NCBI GenBank assembly: GCA_963555755.3
Contig: OY820905.2
Location: 800,001-864,000, forward strand
Source: Nitrospirales bacterium
GTDB taxonomy: Bacteria; Nitrospirota; Nitrospiria; Nitrospirales; UBA8639
Reading direction: 5' to 3'
Length of the DNA: 64,000 nt
A program made the translations under genes and the position numbers. Positions 41,596 to 52,678 of this stretch are shown one piece after another. Under the pieces are notes generated by a model that was not told the origin of the DNA, ran no database searches, and saw only the letters and a list, made by a program, of their open reading frames with translations. The first letter of the stretch is position 1. Each line of letters opens with the position of its first letter.

Positions 41596-42552
41596 GGATC
41601 CGTAAAGAAATACGTGGGATATTAAGACGCTTAGATTTAGGTCAGATTTGGTCGATCTGAATGAGAGGAACCGGAAGAATAGTTGTGCTATTTTGAACCT
41701 AGAAACGGCAGTTGGGCGCAAAAAAGACGTGTAAGATATTGGTGTGCATGGTGAAATACAAAAAGTCGTGGTCACCTTAGGGCTCGCGCAAGAATACCTT
41801 CCCCGGTTTGGGCGTCGATCCATCCTGTCTGGCGGCGTTGCTCGTCCTTTCCATACGAGGAGTATGCGCAGTCCTCGCGCCTTGCCAGACAGGTGTCTCA
41901 GCACCCAAACCGGGGAAGGTATTCTTGCGCGAACCCTCCGTGGTGATGAGATATTTTTGTATTTTATCAGGTGCGCTAAGGGTCCGTCACGAAATAACCG
42001 GGACAATTGGGAGGCCCAGATTTGTGATCGGGGCAAGGCGCGACGAGGGAGCAGAGCGGGGCTCTGTGACCGAGGAGCAACGCCGCCCCGGGCCAAAGAT
42101 GGGCCTCCCCGGAAGGCCGGACGCTTTTGGGCTCCGCCGGCGTCGCTCATCGCTTCCATACTCCCGGTATGCGCGCTCTTCGCTCCTTGACTCGCTCCAA
42201 AATCGTCTCGGCCAATTGTCCCGGTTATTTCGTGACGGACCCTGAGGACCTGCGAGAAAATAACTTGATCAATATCGCGCCAAGATTTGGGTCGGATTTG
42301 GACGGAACGATTGAGAAACACTCGAGGCATAGCACAGCTATGGTGAGGGTTTTTCGATTGAGGCCCGTTCAAAGATGGCCCGAAGATTGGATGCGAGATT
42401 GTTCAAGTTATTTTCTCGCAGGTCCTAAGAGCTTGCGCGGACTTTTGTGATCCAACTGCGGTTTCTAGGTTGAAGGTTTCTCGATTGAAGATCGGCCAAA
42501 GATGGCCTGAAGATAAGATGTATACATGTTCCACTTATTTCTTTACGGATCC
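41596..42552. mobile_element. Five-element nested MITE stack: E' contains A (41698-42469), which contains D (41780-41936), B (41980-42242) and E (42246-42425)
   Basis: Each element has its own TIR pair; TTGAA TSD around A; TAA/TGA/TAA junctions around B and E. Confidence 0.88.
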
Positions 42553-42585
42553 TACTAATAACCGCCGAAAAAAAAGGGGAGGACT

Positions 42586-42945
42586 ATGGGACAAGACATT
42601 TCATCCAATGATTCATGCTGGGTCACCACATTTGTGTTTATTTCTGGGTTTATTCTTGGAGCCGTGGGCGCAGTCCTGATGGCACCAGAGCCCGGTTCCT
42701 CCATACGAAGCCGGTTGGCCAAGGGCGCAAAGATCGCACAAGAAGAGTTCGGGGATGTCGCCAATGAGACCAGAGAAGCATTTCGCTCCATTTCACAAGA
42801 TACCAAACGAACAGTGAAACAAGCCGCAGCCCGTATAACCGATGCCGTCGAAGCCACCAAACAAGCCGTCATTGCTGACGAAGAGGACAAACACTCCGCG
42901 CCTTCGTTCGATCCTCCAGGATCAGACAAAAGTGCCTTGAACTAA
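42586..42945 (+). CDS. YtxH-domain protein
   Basis: F..G.ILGAVGAVLMAPEPG..IR..L. Confidence 0.85.
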   Translation: MGQDISSNDSCWVTTFVFISGFILGAVGAVLMAPEPGSSIRSRLAKGAKIAQEEFGDVANETREAFRSISQDTKRTVKQAAARITDAVEATKQAVIADEEDKHSAPSFDPPGSDKSALN

Positions 42946-43040
42946 TAATGGCGCATCCGGTTTTTCCAAAAAAAGCAACGAGTCAACATAATGAAACGTC
43001 GAAGAGTTGAACCAAACAAAAACGAGGAGACCTCGATAAA

Positions 43041-43382
43041 TTAGGTCAGGGCGGAAAAGGTGGTGTAATCTTCGTTGGTCTGAAACATGGACAGGTATTT
43101 TGAAAAATTCACATTTTGCAAAGTACTTTTCACGGCATCTTGAGGATTCACGACAATCACACTTCCCTTCATACCCTGAAAAACCTTCACTGCAAGGGCC
43201 AGCGCCCCAAGTCCTGCACTGTCAATAAAGGAGACACCTTTCATATCAATAATCACCCGCTTGGCGTGCGCTTCCGTATGTTTTTCAATCGCTTCCTTAC
43301 ACGCATTTTTGGCGAACATATCCAGCTTCCCTGAAAGTACAAGGACGGGGACTCCTTGGGTTTTCCGTTCTTTAATGATCAT
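43041..43382 (-). CDS. STAS-domain anti-sigma factor antagonist
   Basis: LSGKLD, IIDM.GVSFIDSAGLG. Confidence 0.9.
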   Translation of the reverse strand: MIIKERKTQGVPVLVLSGKLDMFAKNACKEAIEKHTEAHAKRVIIDMKGVSFIDSAGLGALALAVKVFQGMKGSVIVVNPQDAVKSTLQNVNFSKYLSMFQTNEDYTTFSALT

Positions 43383-43486
43383 TTCAGCCCATGGGTCGCA
43401 TTGTTAATCAACCTTTCCTAACGGGAAAGTCTAACAACTTTCTCTTATTAAAAAATACTTATCGGAACCAACCTTATATTCTTAAA

Positions 43487-43627
43487 GGGCACCTCTACAA
43501 ACCAGGCATTTTTTGTGAGGGCAAGGAAGCCGCGCGCGGAAAACCGGAGTGTATGGGCGAATACATGAGGATTTGAGCACGCGGCTAACGCCGCCATCAC
43601 GGAAAAGGACGGTTTGTAGAGGTGCCC
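43487..43627. mobile_element. MITE-G
   Basis: TIRs present; TAAA duplicated at the flanks. Confidence 0.9.
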
Positions 43628-43836
43628 TAAAGTTTTCAGCGGGTTAACACAACCTTACTATGGGTTTCTGATCAACCCTATCCGAACATACCTCTAGTAA
43701 TAAACAATTTTTCACTTAATTTTCAACATGTTATATCAGACAAAGGCAATCAGGACAATTCAACATTTACCGTAAATTATTGAGAAGAAAGACCCCGTTG
43801 TGTGGGAGGAGAAAAAGGCAGAGGGCCCAATTTGGT

Positions 43837-45528
43837 TTAGGACCGATGACCGTAGAGGAAGGTAATATTGATACGTCGAGAGTCGTAGCCATCACGGAAG
43901 AGGCATCGGTCCGACTCATGAAAGAGATCGGAGTTAAAAATCAAAGCACGGTTTTCTCTATAAGGAACGGTCACCGGGGATGCCCCACTCGATCGCAAAA
44001 ACTCCATAATTTTGGGTTTGTTTTCTCTTCTATTATAGTCCTTAAAATCCCAATCCTTTGGCGCTTCTTTATCCCAGACCGTCAGTCCACCACAGGTTAG
44101 ATCCAAATTCGCCTCATTGGGTGTGATCCAAAAATTCACATTCACCGCAGCAGCATCGGCATGGATGTTCAGTGGACGACGCTGACTATCCTGCTTAAAT
44201 GCCCAAGCCTGCAACAGCTGGTGGTGGTGAAAAATACCAGGGAACTGTTCCCGCAGTTCTTCCGCCACCTGCAATAATAAGGGAGAAGCAAATCCATCAT
44301 TTAAAAATGCTCCAATATATCCTTCTTTATAATCCTTTTTCCAAATTGTGGATTCCAAACAAAAACGGCGGAGCGATTGCAACGCATCCTCTTTCAGTAA
44401 TTCATCAATAACAATAATTTCTGGGTGATTCGCCTGATAACGCCGCTGAATATCCTCCCGATTAAGATTCGGGTTTAACGCCCCTTCGGGAAGAGTGGGG
44501 TTATCGGCATAGTGCAAGATTCGGTTAAAAGACGGGGCCAAGGCTTTGGCCTGTGATGGACTCACCGCAATCGGTTCGTTGGTTCCCTGTAAGGAGGCCG
44601 CTTGCCGATTGAAAAAATCCAAGGTCTCAGAGTATGCCTCGGGAGTCGATATCGGAATTCCTTGGGTACAAAGATATTCCAATTGTTCAGCATCATGTTT
44701 AATCCGCGAGGGATACGCATATTGGACATTGACGGCACAGCCATGGTTTTGTAAGAGATCAGCAGACGTCCTGAATTCCGATAATGCGGCATCCCTCTGA
44801 CCTTGCCATAAAAGTGCCAAACCTAAATTATGATGCGCCTTGGCATACCCAGGGTTAATATGAATGGCTTTTCGAAAGGCTGCCGCGGCGTCCTCCCTTT
44901 GATCACGTTCGATATACACCATTCCAAGATTAAAATGAGATTCAGCATTTCGGGGATTGAGCCGCAACGCATGCTGATAGGCGCCAATGGCCCGATCGAA
45001 ATCATGCCGTTCTTTGAAGACCACGCCCAAGTTATTGTATCCGCCAGCATAATCGGGTTTGATGGCAATCGCATGTTCAAAAGCTAAAACCGCAGACTTC
45101 AAATCCCCTTGCTCTCGATAGACGTTGCCAAGATTACTGTGGGCCTCGACATAATCCGACTTCAGTTGCAACGCCTGTTGGTAGGCCCGCGCGGCCTCAT
45201 CCAGTTGGCCTGACTTCTCACAGACCAACCCCAGGTTATAATGGTACAAGGCCTTTTTCCCATCTTGTTGAATGGCTTGGCCAATCAAATCACACGCCCG
45301 GTCGTACTCCAACCCTTGATAGGCCACTAATCCGAGCAGGTGAAGAGCCTCCGCATGAGTAGGATGGCCCTCGAGTATGTTCCGATACAACTGTTCCGCT
45401 TGCTGGAATCGTCCTCCGCGATGATGCGCAACCGCTTCATCGAAAAGATGTTTCACAGCCAGGGTTTTGGAGTTCACTCCTGCTTTGGCCATCAATCGTT
45501 CTTTCCGTCTTCGTTCAGCGCGATTCAT
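43837..45528 (-). CDS. TPR-repeat protein with a C-terminal 2OG-Fe(II) oxygenase-like domain
   Basis: Multiple TPRs (AHSNLG, YNNLG, HFNLG); C-terminal HAD..VNVNFW, FHESD and RRINITF. Confidence 0.8.
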   Translation of the reverse strand: MNRAERRRKERLMAKAGVNSKTLAVKHLFDEAVAHHRGGRFQQAEQLYRNILEGHPTHAEALHLLGLVAYQGLEYDRACDLIGQAIQQDGKKALYHYNLGLVCEKSGQLDEAARAYQQALQLKSDYVEAHSNLGNVYREQGDLKSAVLAFEHAIAIKPDYAGGYNNLGVVFKERHDFDRAIGAYQHALRLNPRNAESHFNLGMVYIERDQREDAAAAFRKAIHINPGYAKAHHNLGLALLWQGQRDAALSEFRTSADLLQNHGCAVNVQYAYPSRIKHDAEQLEYLCTQGIPISTPEAYSETLDFFNRQAASLQGTNEPIAVSPSQAKALAPSFNRILHYADNPTLPEGALNPNLNREDIQRRYQANHPEIIVIDELLKEDALQSLRRFCLESTIWKKDYKEGYIGAFLNDGFASPLLLQVAEELREQFPGIFHHHQLLQAWAFKQDSQRRPLNIHADAAAVNVNFWITPNEANLDLTCGGLTVWDKEAPKDWDFKDYNRRENKPKIMEFLRSSGASPVTVPYRENRALIFNSDLFHESDRCLFRDGYDSRRINITFLYGHRS

Positions 45529-45615
45529 CTTAAGACCTACGATAGCCCAAACCACACACCACTGTAAATAAAACCGGTAGGGCCAGAAAAAAAGTATAGC
45601 ATTATTGAAACAGGT

Positions 45616-45652
45616 AAAAAAAAGGTGGCCTTGCACTTAGTACAAGGCCACC
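45616..45652 (-). terminator. Intrinsic terminator after the sigma factor gene
   Basis: GGTGGCCTTG..CAAGGCCACC hairpin followed by T8 on the minus strand. Confidence 0.8.
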
Positions 45653-45686
45653 AAAATATTCTCTATGACTAGTATGTATGAAAGCC

Positions 45687-47501
45687 TTAAAATCCTTCGG
45701 CAAAACTTCTGAGCTTCCGGCTTTGGCTCGGGTGCCGAAGTTTTCGTAACGCCTTGGCTTCAATTTGCCGAATCCGCTCACGCGTCACATCAAAATCCTG
45801 CCCCACTTCCTCCAACGTATGATCCGTCGCCTCCCCAATCCCAAACCGCTTGCGAATAATTTTCTCTTCGCGCGGTGTCAACGCCCCCAATGTAGTGGAA
45901 ATCTGGCGCTGGAGATCATAGCGCACGGCAGCTTCTATTGGCGACACCGCTTTCTTATCCTCGATAAAGTCCCCTAAATGACTGTCCTCTTCCTCTCCGA
46001 TCGGGGTCTCTAACGAGATGGGCTCCTTCGCAATCTTCAAGATCTTCCGCACTTTCTCCAGCGGCATCTCCATCCGCTCCCCAATCTCCTCCGGCGTCGG
46101 CTCCCGCCCCAATTGCTGTACCAAATGCCGCGACGTCCGTACCAGCTTGTTGATCGCCTCGATCATATGCACGGGGATGCGGATAGTTCGCGCCTGGTCC
46201 GCAATCGCTCGCGTGATCGCCTGCCGAATCCACCACGTCGCATACGTACTAAATTTATATCCCCGCTGATATTCAAACTTATCCACCGCCTTCATCAACC
46301 CAATATTGCCTTCTTGGATCAAGTCTAAAAACTGCAGTCCCCGGTTCGTATACTTCTTCGCAATACTCACAACCAACCGCAGGTTCGCTTCAATCAACTC
46401 CGCCTTTCCCCGCTTCATCTTCTCCTCGGCCCGCTCTAACGTCAGGAACGCCCTCTTGAATTCGGCCGCCGGCAGCAGCACCTCTTCCTGTTCGATCCGC
46501 CGCACCGTCCCCTGCCCGTCCTGAAACGCCCGCATCAGCTTTTCCAAGGCCTCATCGCTATAGCCCGTCTTCCGCCGCATCGCCGTGTAGACCGTCCGCT
46601 TCCGCCCCATCTGCCGAATCACTTTGGCGGCTTCTGTCCGTGGCTTCCCAAGCCGCCGGCAACAATCCTCCACCACACGCTCGGCTCCCCGTAACGCGAC
46701 CCCTTTCTCTTTAATCCGCCGCAACAGCTCATCCCGTACTGCCTGTTGCACATTCATGGCATCAAGCCGCTCGACAATCTGTTGCTGCACTCCATGGAGT
46801 TGCTTCCCAATCCGGGCCTGCTGCGCTGACGAAGCCTTGCGCCGCTTGTCATAGATGGTGAGTAGGCTCTTGCCCACCCGGCGCATTTTCTCGAGTTCCG
46901 CCAGGGTGCGCTGCAGAAGTTCTTCTTCATCTTGTTCGTCTTCGACGTCTTCTTCCTCGATCTCCTCCTCTTCGGTGGGCTCATGAACCAGCACGAAATC
47001 TCGAACCCGTAAATCCCCTTTTTTTATCGCAAGGCGCAGAGCGTCCAAATAGGTCAATGTCATGGGCATACCGGCAATGGCAAAAGCTAATTCATGTTTG
47101 CCATCTTCAATCCGTTTGGCTAGCTCAATCTCGCCTTCGCGAGTCAACAACGAAACACTCGCCATCTCGTTAAGATAGAGCCGCACCGGATCATCGATTC
47201 GGCTAAGGGCACCTGGAGTTAAATCAATTTCCTTTTCATTTTCCTCTGAAGATTCCTCAGCCTCCTCAGCCGCCCCCACTTCGGCAGGATCTTCGGTATT
47301 TTTCTGGTTGGTGGTTGCCCCATCAGAGGCCCCCCCTGCCACTCCTTCAATGGCATGCTCTTTAAAGGAAGGAAATAAAGTGGACAAATTCTCTGAATCG
47401 ACGGTTAATGGTCCATTCAGTTCATCGTAATGTAATTGATCCGGGTCTTTTCCAATTCCTGAGAGCGGTTTGACCCTCCCCATAACGCTGTGTTTAGGCA
47501 T
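45687..47501 (-). CDS. rpoD: RNA polymerase sigma-70 factor (RpoD-like, possibly a paralogue with reduced region 1.1)
   Basis: [56 protein letters not shown]. Confidence 0.93.
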   Translation of the reverse strand: MPKHSVMGRVKPLSGIGKDPDQLHYDELNGPLTVDSENLSTLFPSFKEHAIEGVAGGASDGATTNQKNTEDPAEVGAAEEAEESSEENEKEIDLTPGALSRIDDPVRLYLNEMASVSLLTREGEIELAKRIEDGKHELAFAIAGMPMTLTYLDALRLAIKKGDLRVRDFVLVHEPTEEEEIEEEDVEDEQDEEELLQRTLAELEKMRRVGKSLLTIYDKRRKASSAQQARIGKQLHGVQQQIVERLDAMNVQQAVRDELLRRIKEKGVALRGAERVVEDCCRRLGKPRTEAAKVIRQMGRKRTVYTAMRRKTGYSDEALEKLMRAFQDGQGTVRRIEQEEVLLPAAEFKRAFLTLERAEEKMKRGKAELIEANLRLVVSIAKKYTNRGLQFLDLIQEGNIGLMKAVDKFEYQRGYKFSTYATWWIRQAITRAIADQARTIRIPVHMIEAINKLVRTSRHLVQQLGREPTPEEIGERMEMPLEKVRKILKIAKEPISLETPIGEEEDSHLGDFIEDKKAVSPIEAAVRYDLQRQISTTLGALTPREEKIIRKRFGIGEATDHTLEEVGQDFDVTRERIRQIEAKALRKLRHPSQSRKLRSFAEGF

Positions 47502-48140
47502 TGTCTCTCCCCAAAAAGTTTACAAATTGGAATGATTGCCACATTCCTAATCTCGAATATTTTTTGCAGACGACGAGACTCGCTGTGTATTCTCTCGATA
47601 ACAATTTTTTACATACTTCACTGACCACAGAGCACACTGATAGAATTGTGCCAGTTTGGAGCCCGATATCACAATACGTAGAATATCGTAATATGTCGTT
47701 GATCGAAAAAGTTAACGTCGGGAAAACAAAGAAACTCAACCCTCGGGATCGGAACCAGTAGAAGTTGATTGTTCGGCCCAGACCTGAACCCAAACCTGAA
47801 AAAAGATTCTTTTGAAGGTTTCTAAAAAATAGAAACGCCTCCAGAAACCCGAAGACGTGCTATGGATGGCAACCCATACTTTTAGCCATTTGAGGACTTC
47901 TTTTTGATCTTTATAGAACCATCTCGTTTTCAAGCTTCCAGCCTAGAGAAATACCCATGTTGGCAAACCCTTATTACATACCAGAATAATGGTTCACTTT
48001 TCAAGAATAATCGGCTACTTTAGGCCTAAGCATTACAACCATCAATGGCTAAATGTCTTGCGAGAGAAATTAAAGCTTACAAAAACACGTATACCGCTAA
48101 AATATCACTAAAATTATATGAATCCTTATGACCCTATATA

Positions 48141-49989
48141 GTGTCTGAGAGAAAACAGGATTGCCTAAGCGTGACGCGGGTTTTCTCGGTTTTTGGGTTG
48201 TGAATCTTTCACGGTATGTGAGAGAAATCCCTGAAAACAGCCTGTTTTTCGTGTAAACTGCCTCAACATTCACCGAGTGCACAGTGTTGGTTGAGGGAGG
48301 ATCGAGACGATGCGGCAACGATTTGAACGGCAGTTGGACTTAGGGCAGACCCCAATTGAGGAAGTGCCCATTCCCCCGAAGAGTCGAGATGAATTGCCGC
48401 CGGTGTTGCGGGGGCTCCAGTGGATTTTTCAGACCCCCGACGTCAATGAGCAAATCTTTGCCTTGCTGGAACAGAAGATCCAGGGGACGAAGAAGCCGGC
48501 GACAGGACGGCCGGGGATGGACCTCTGGCATGTTCTGGTACTGGGCGTCGTCCGCCTCGCCTTGGATTGTGACTATGACCGGGTGGAATACCTGGTTCAC
48601 TATGACACATGACTCCGGCGCATCATGGGTTTGGAGTCCCACTTCCGTGGAGAGTTTGGGAAAGGGTTTCATCAAAAGACGTTGAGTGAGACTGTCTGCC
48701 ACGTCGACGAGGCCTTATTGGCGGCCATCAATGCTAGTGTGGTCCAGGCCGGGCGGCCGCTGTTTAAAAAAAAAGACGACGAGCCCATTCACGCCAAAAG
48801 TGATACCTACGTGCTTGAGCCCAACGTCCATTTCCCCACGGATTTGAATCTGCTGTGGGATGCCTGTCGGAAATGTCTGGTCTTGCTCCCGCGTCTGGCT
48901 CAGCACCTGGAGCACTCGGGGTGGCGCAAGGCCTACACGTGGCGGAAGCAGCTCAAGACGTTACTCCGGGTCTGTGGGACGATTCACCATGGCGGCGGAG
49001 CCAAGAAGCGCGAGCGGCTCGACGCAGCGGTCACGGCCTATCTGCAGAAAGCCTACGCGCTGGAGCAGAAAGTTTTTGCCAGTCTGCTGGCTCTTCGGCC
49101 CCAGGCCTTCTCCCTGCTGGAGCAAGGGATCCTGGCCGAGGGGGAGTATTATCACGAGATGCTCATCAAGCACCTGGATCTCATCGACCGGCGGGTGCTG
49201 CAGGGGGGAAACGATTCCCCATGCCGACAAACTCTTTTCACTGTTTGAACCGCATACCGAATGGATCAACAAGGGGAAAGTCTCCCCAGCGGTGGAACTT
49301 GGCCATAAATTGCTCATCACTACGGATCAATATAGCTTGGTTCTGGATTATACGGTCATGGACCAACGCCGTGACGTCAAGGAAACTCTGCCCTTAGCCG
49401 ATCGGCGGCTGGCTCGGTTTGGCGAAGGGTGCCTCCAGAGTTGGAGTGTGGATAAGGGGTTCAGCGCCCAAGCGGATCGGGAACTCTTAGAGCTGTTTAT
49501 CCCCGAGGTCATCATGCCGAAAAAGGGACGGCACTCCCAAGCCGATCAGGCCCGGGAAACGCAGAAGACCTTTCGCCGCTTACGACAGCAGCACAGTGGG
49601 ATCGAATCGGACATCAATGCCTTGGAACACCATGGGTTGAATCGCTGCCCCGACAAAGGGTGGGTGGGGTTTCAGCGCTACGTCGGGTTTGGGATCTTGG
49701 CGTACAACCTCCACAAGATCGGTCACCGGCTGTTGGCACACGACCGCCGCCGCCAGCCACGACTCCAGCAAGCCGCTTAGCGCCGCCAGTTGCCGGAAAG
49801 AATCTTCCCACCGAGGGAGACCTCTCTCACAAATCGACGGCAACGTTCAGGGAAGGGCTCTCACCCAGGACCTGGCACGAAGGGAGCACGAAAAAAGACG
49901 TTTGTAAGCACGAGAGAGGATGCCTGAGAGAGGTATTGAAAAAATATCTCGGACCATGCCCGAAAAAAACGGCGTTTTCTCTCAGACAC
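48141..49989 (+). mobile_element. ISNCY-family insertion sequence
   Basis: TIR GTGTCTGAGAGAAAAC; TATATA on both flanks. Confidence 0.88.
48310..49780 (+). pseudogene. ISNCY transposase with an in-frame TGA (48610-48612) and a frameshift in the G-run at about 49203-49208
   Basis: SRDELP..L.GLQ, GRPGMDLW, NVHFPTD.NLL.D, FSLFEPHTEWI.KGK, ES.INALEHHGL.RCPD. Confidence 0.9.
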
Positions 49990-50363
49990 TATATACCTAA
50001 CTTTTAGGCAATTAATCTAAAAAGTCACAGTTTTTTCTCCTGTGGAAAGATAGTTCATTGCAGCCTGATTATCCTCACAGGATGCCAAAGGGTTGATTTA
50101 AGGGTACTTTGTGATAGCTTGATGCCCCTTGCACAAGAAGCCTGTCTAAGAATCGACGGATCTACTGTGGGTGCCCTAGATGTGGCCAAATCGTCCGATC
50201 CTTTGCGTTGAATAACCGACTATTTGCCGCAAACGACCCAAACATCTGACTTAAACCTAGAACCAGCATGCCCTCGCGACAATGGCTAACCTTGGACAAA
50301 CTCCAAGGGTTGGGTCAGTTGCCAAAACACAACAGACTTTGATCTTCAGAAACCTTGTCCTTT

Positions 50364-51686
50364 ATGCCACTCAACTATTCAGAACAATCTAGGAATCCCA
50401 GAAAATTGATTGCCCAAACTTGGGTACCCTTAGCTGCCAGTTGGCTGCTCATGGGCTTGGAGCGACCCATTGTGAGCGCGTTCATGGCCAGACTCGAAGC
50501 CCCTGAAATAAACCTTGCCGCCTATGCCAGTGCGGTGTTTCCACTTTCGCTGATTATTGAGTCGCCCATTATCATGCTCTTGGCAGCATCAACGGCGTTG
50601 TCGAAAGACTGGGCCTGGTATCGCTTTTTGCGAAACTTTATGGCTGGATTGGCAGCCGTTCTGACCGTCATCCATATGCTCGTCGCGTTCACCCCGCTTT
50701 TTGATTTTCTCGTGTCAACCATTCTCAAAATTCCAGAAGCGGTCGTCGAACCCGCTCGGGTCGGCATGATGCTCATGACGCCCTGGACTGCCTCCATTGC
50801 CGTTCGTCGATTTCACCAGGGGATATTAATTCGACATGGTCAATCACGTTGGGTCGGCATTGGGACCGCTATCCGACTCATCGCCCTTTTGGCGGGACTC
50901 ATTCTTGGCATAGGGATAGGGACGCCCTCAGGCATTATCGTGGGAACCTTTGCCATTTCCCTTGGGGTCTTGAGCGAGGCTGTGTTTGTCCGCTTGCGCA
51001 CACAACCCATTCTCAACAAACTGAAGCAGCTGCCTCACAACCAAACTGACCCGCCTCATTTCAGAAAATTTCTACGATTTTATATTCCCCTCGCCACCAC
51101 CCCGCTCCTCACCCTACTGTCCCTGCCGATTGCCGCCGCGGCATTGAGCCGTATGCCTTCACCTATGGAAAGCTTCGCCGTATGGCCGATCCTCGGCGGC
51201 CTCGTGTTTTTATTTCAGGGTCTTGGGCTCGCCTACCAAGAAGTGGTGGTCGCATTAATCGACAAACCAGCCTTCTATGTCCCACTACGCCAGTTTGCCC
51301 TCCAACTCGCCATGGGAAACAGCACGATTCTGTTGCTCATTGCGATCAGTCCACTCGCAGAATTTTGGTTTGTTACTCTGTCGGGGCTGGCCCCCGAGTT
51401 AGCCGCACTAGGGACAACGGCCTTATGGTTCGCCATTCTGTTGCCGGCCTTAACGGTGATAGAAAGTTGGTTTCAGGGAGTTCTGGTGCATTCTCATAAG
51501 ACGAAAGGCATCATCGAAGCTGTCGCCTTGTACCTCATCGTTAGCGCGACCATTCTGGGATATGGGATTTACCTTGGAACCGTGACGGGCATTTACATGG
51601 GCTACATTGCGACTGTCTGCGGACTCACCATGCAAACCCTTTGGCTTGGATTTCGGTGTCAACAATTCGTGAAGCGTGAAACGTGA
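50364..51686 (+). CDS. MATE-like/ANKH-like multi-pass membrane transporter
   Basis: About 12 TM segments; W.PLAASWLLM..E.P, ESPIIMLL.ASTAL. Confidence 0.75.
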   Translation: MPLNYSEQSRNPRKLIAQTWVPLAASWLLMGLERPIVSAFMARLEAPEINLAAYASAVFPLSLIIESPIIMLLAASTALSKDWAWYRFLRNFMAGLAAVLTVIHMLVAFTPLFDFLVSTILKIPEAVVEPARVGMMLMTPWTASIAVRRFHQGILIRHGQSRWVGIGTAIRLIALLAGLILGIGIGTPSGIIVGTFAISLGVLSEAVFVRLRTQPILNKLKQLPHNQTDPPHFRKFLRFYIPLATTPLLTLLSLPIAAAALSRMPSPMESFAVWPILGGLVFLFQGLGLAYQEVVVALIDKPAFYVPLRQFALQLAMGNSTILLLIAISPLAEFWFVTLSGLAPELAALGTTALWFAILLPALTVIESWFQGVLVHSHKTKGIIEAVALYLIVSATILGYGIYLGTVTGIYMGYIATVCGLTMQTLWLGFRCQQFVKRET

Positions 51687-51827
51687 GGCGTGAAGCGTGA
51701 TCAGCTGTTCGAAAAATAATGATACCCGAGATAAGAACGACGAAATACCGCTTAGGTTTTTGAATTATTGAAAAATTTTCAAATATCGTTCACGTGTGAC
51801 TCATCTTATGAACATCCAAGAGCAACA

Positions 51828-51972
51828 GGGAATGTTCAAAAAGGTGCGCTCAGTCCTGTCCTGAGCTTGTCGAGGGAAAGGCCGCAGGCACTTTGGCGCG
51901 CGGAGCGTACTCATAGTACGTGAGCACGACAAAGAGCCGAGAACGCCGCTGACGCCCTTTTTCAACATTCCC
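51828..51972. mobile_element. MITE-C core with a micro-insert
   Basis: GGGAATGTTCAAAAAGG..TTTTTCAACATTCCC. Confidence 0.82.
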
Positions 51973-51976
51973 TGAG

Positions 51977-52444
51977 TTAGTCGTTGGGAGGTTCAAAGTG
52001 CCCGGATGGACGATTCTGCCAGGGAACTGTGGAGGTACGGGCTTGCTTAAGCAAGCTCCGCAAATTCACTTCAGCAGCGCGAAGCAGCTTAGGCTCTCCA
52101 TGGCGAAGCAAAGACGTGAGCAGCACGTACATTTCGCGATCGGTGTGACTGCCACGCAGGATACGTTCGGTCACGGGGTCGGGGGAATCAAGGTCAGGAT
52201 AGATAGATTCTTCTCCATCTGGATCTCCTAATACCAATTCAATCGCTTTCGGCGTGCTGTACAGCCAAGCCGGGGGAACCGCAAGCCCCTTGGCTAAGGA
52301 CTCGACCATTGACACGGATGGATCAAGAGCCCCGGTTTCAATCGACTCAATCGTCGAACTTTCCACTCCGGATTCTTTGGCTAATTTGGAGGTCGAAAAT
52401 TGACGAGCCTTGCGCCAAGCCTGAAGGGATTGATCAAGTGGCAT
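51977..52444 (-). CDS. XRE-family HTH regulator
   Basis: LA..SGV..STI..IETG..DPS...VE.LA..L. Confidence 0.82.
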   Translation of the reverse strand: MPLDQSLQAWRKARQFSTSKLAKESGVESSTIESIETGALDPSVSMVESLAKGLAVPPAWLYSTPKAIELVLGDPDGEESIYPDLDSPDPVTERILRGSHTDREMYVLLTSLLRHGEPKLLRAAEVNLRSLLKQARTSTVPWQNRPSGHFEPPND

Positions 52445-52521
52445 AATCTCAGATCATAACGAAAGAGTGGTCCCTTCGTCTACTCATTCATTTTTGAAAA
52501 TTGATGGATAGCCGACTCTTA

Positions 52522-52678
52522 GGGTTCGCGCAAGAATAACTTCCCATGTTTGGGCGTCGATCCATCCCGTCTGGCAGCGTTGCTCTTCCTTTCCATACGA
52601 GGAGTATGCGCAGTCCTCGTGCCTTGCCAGACAGGTGTCTCAGCACCCAAACATGTGAAGTTATTCTTGCGCGAACCC
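52522..52678. mobile_element. MITE-D, standalone (157 bp)
   Basis: TIR GGGTTCGCGCAAGAATAACTTC; TTA on both flanks. Confidence 0.9.

Noticed and set aside
47502..48134. Riboswitch or ncRNA in the long AT-rich region upstream of the sigma factor gene
   Set aside because: No recognisable consensus by eye; a covariance-model search would be needed.
49200..49212. Programmed frameshift in the ISNCY transposase
   Set aside because: It looks like one extra G in a homopolymer, in a gene that already has an upstream stop.
51669..51700. CGTGAAG-type heptamer repeats at the transporter 3' end
   Set aside because: Only 4-5 imperfect units and no associated structure that I can support.
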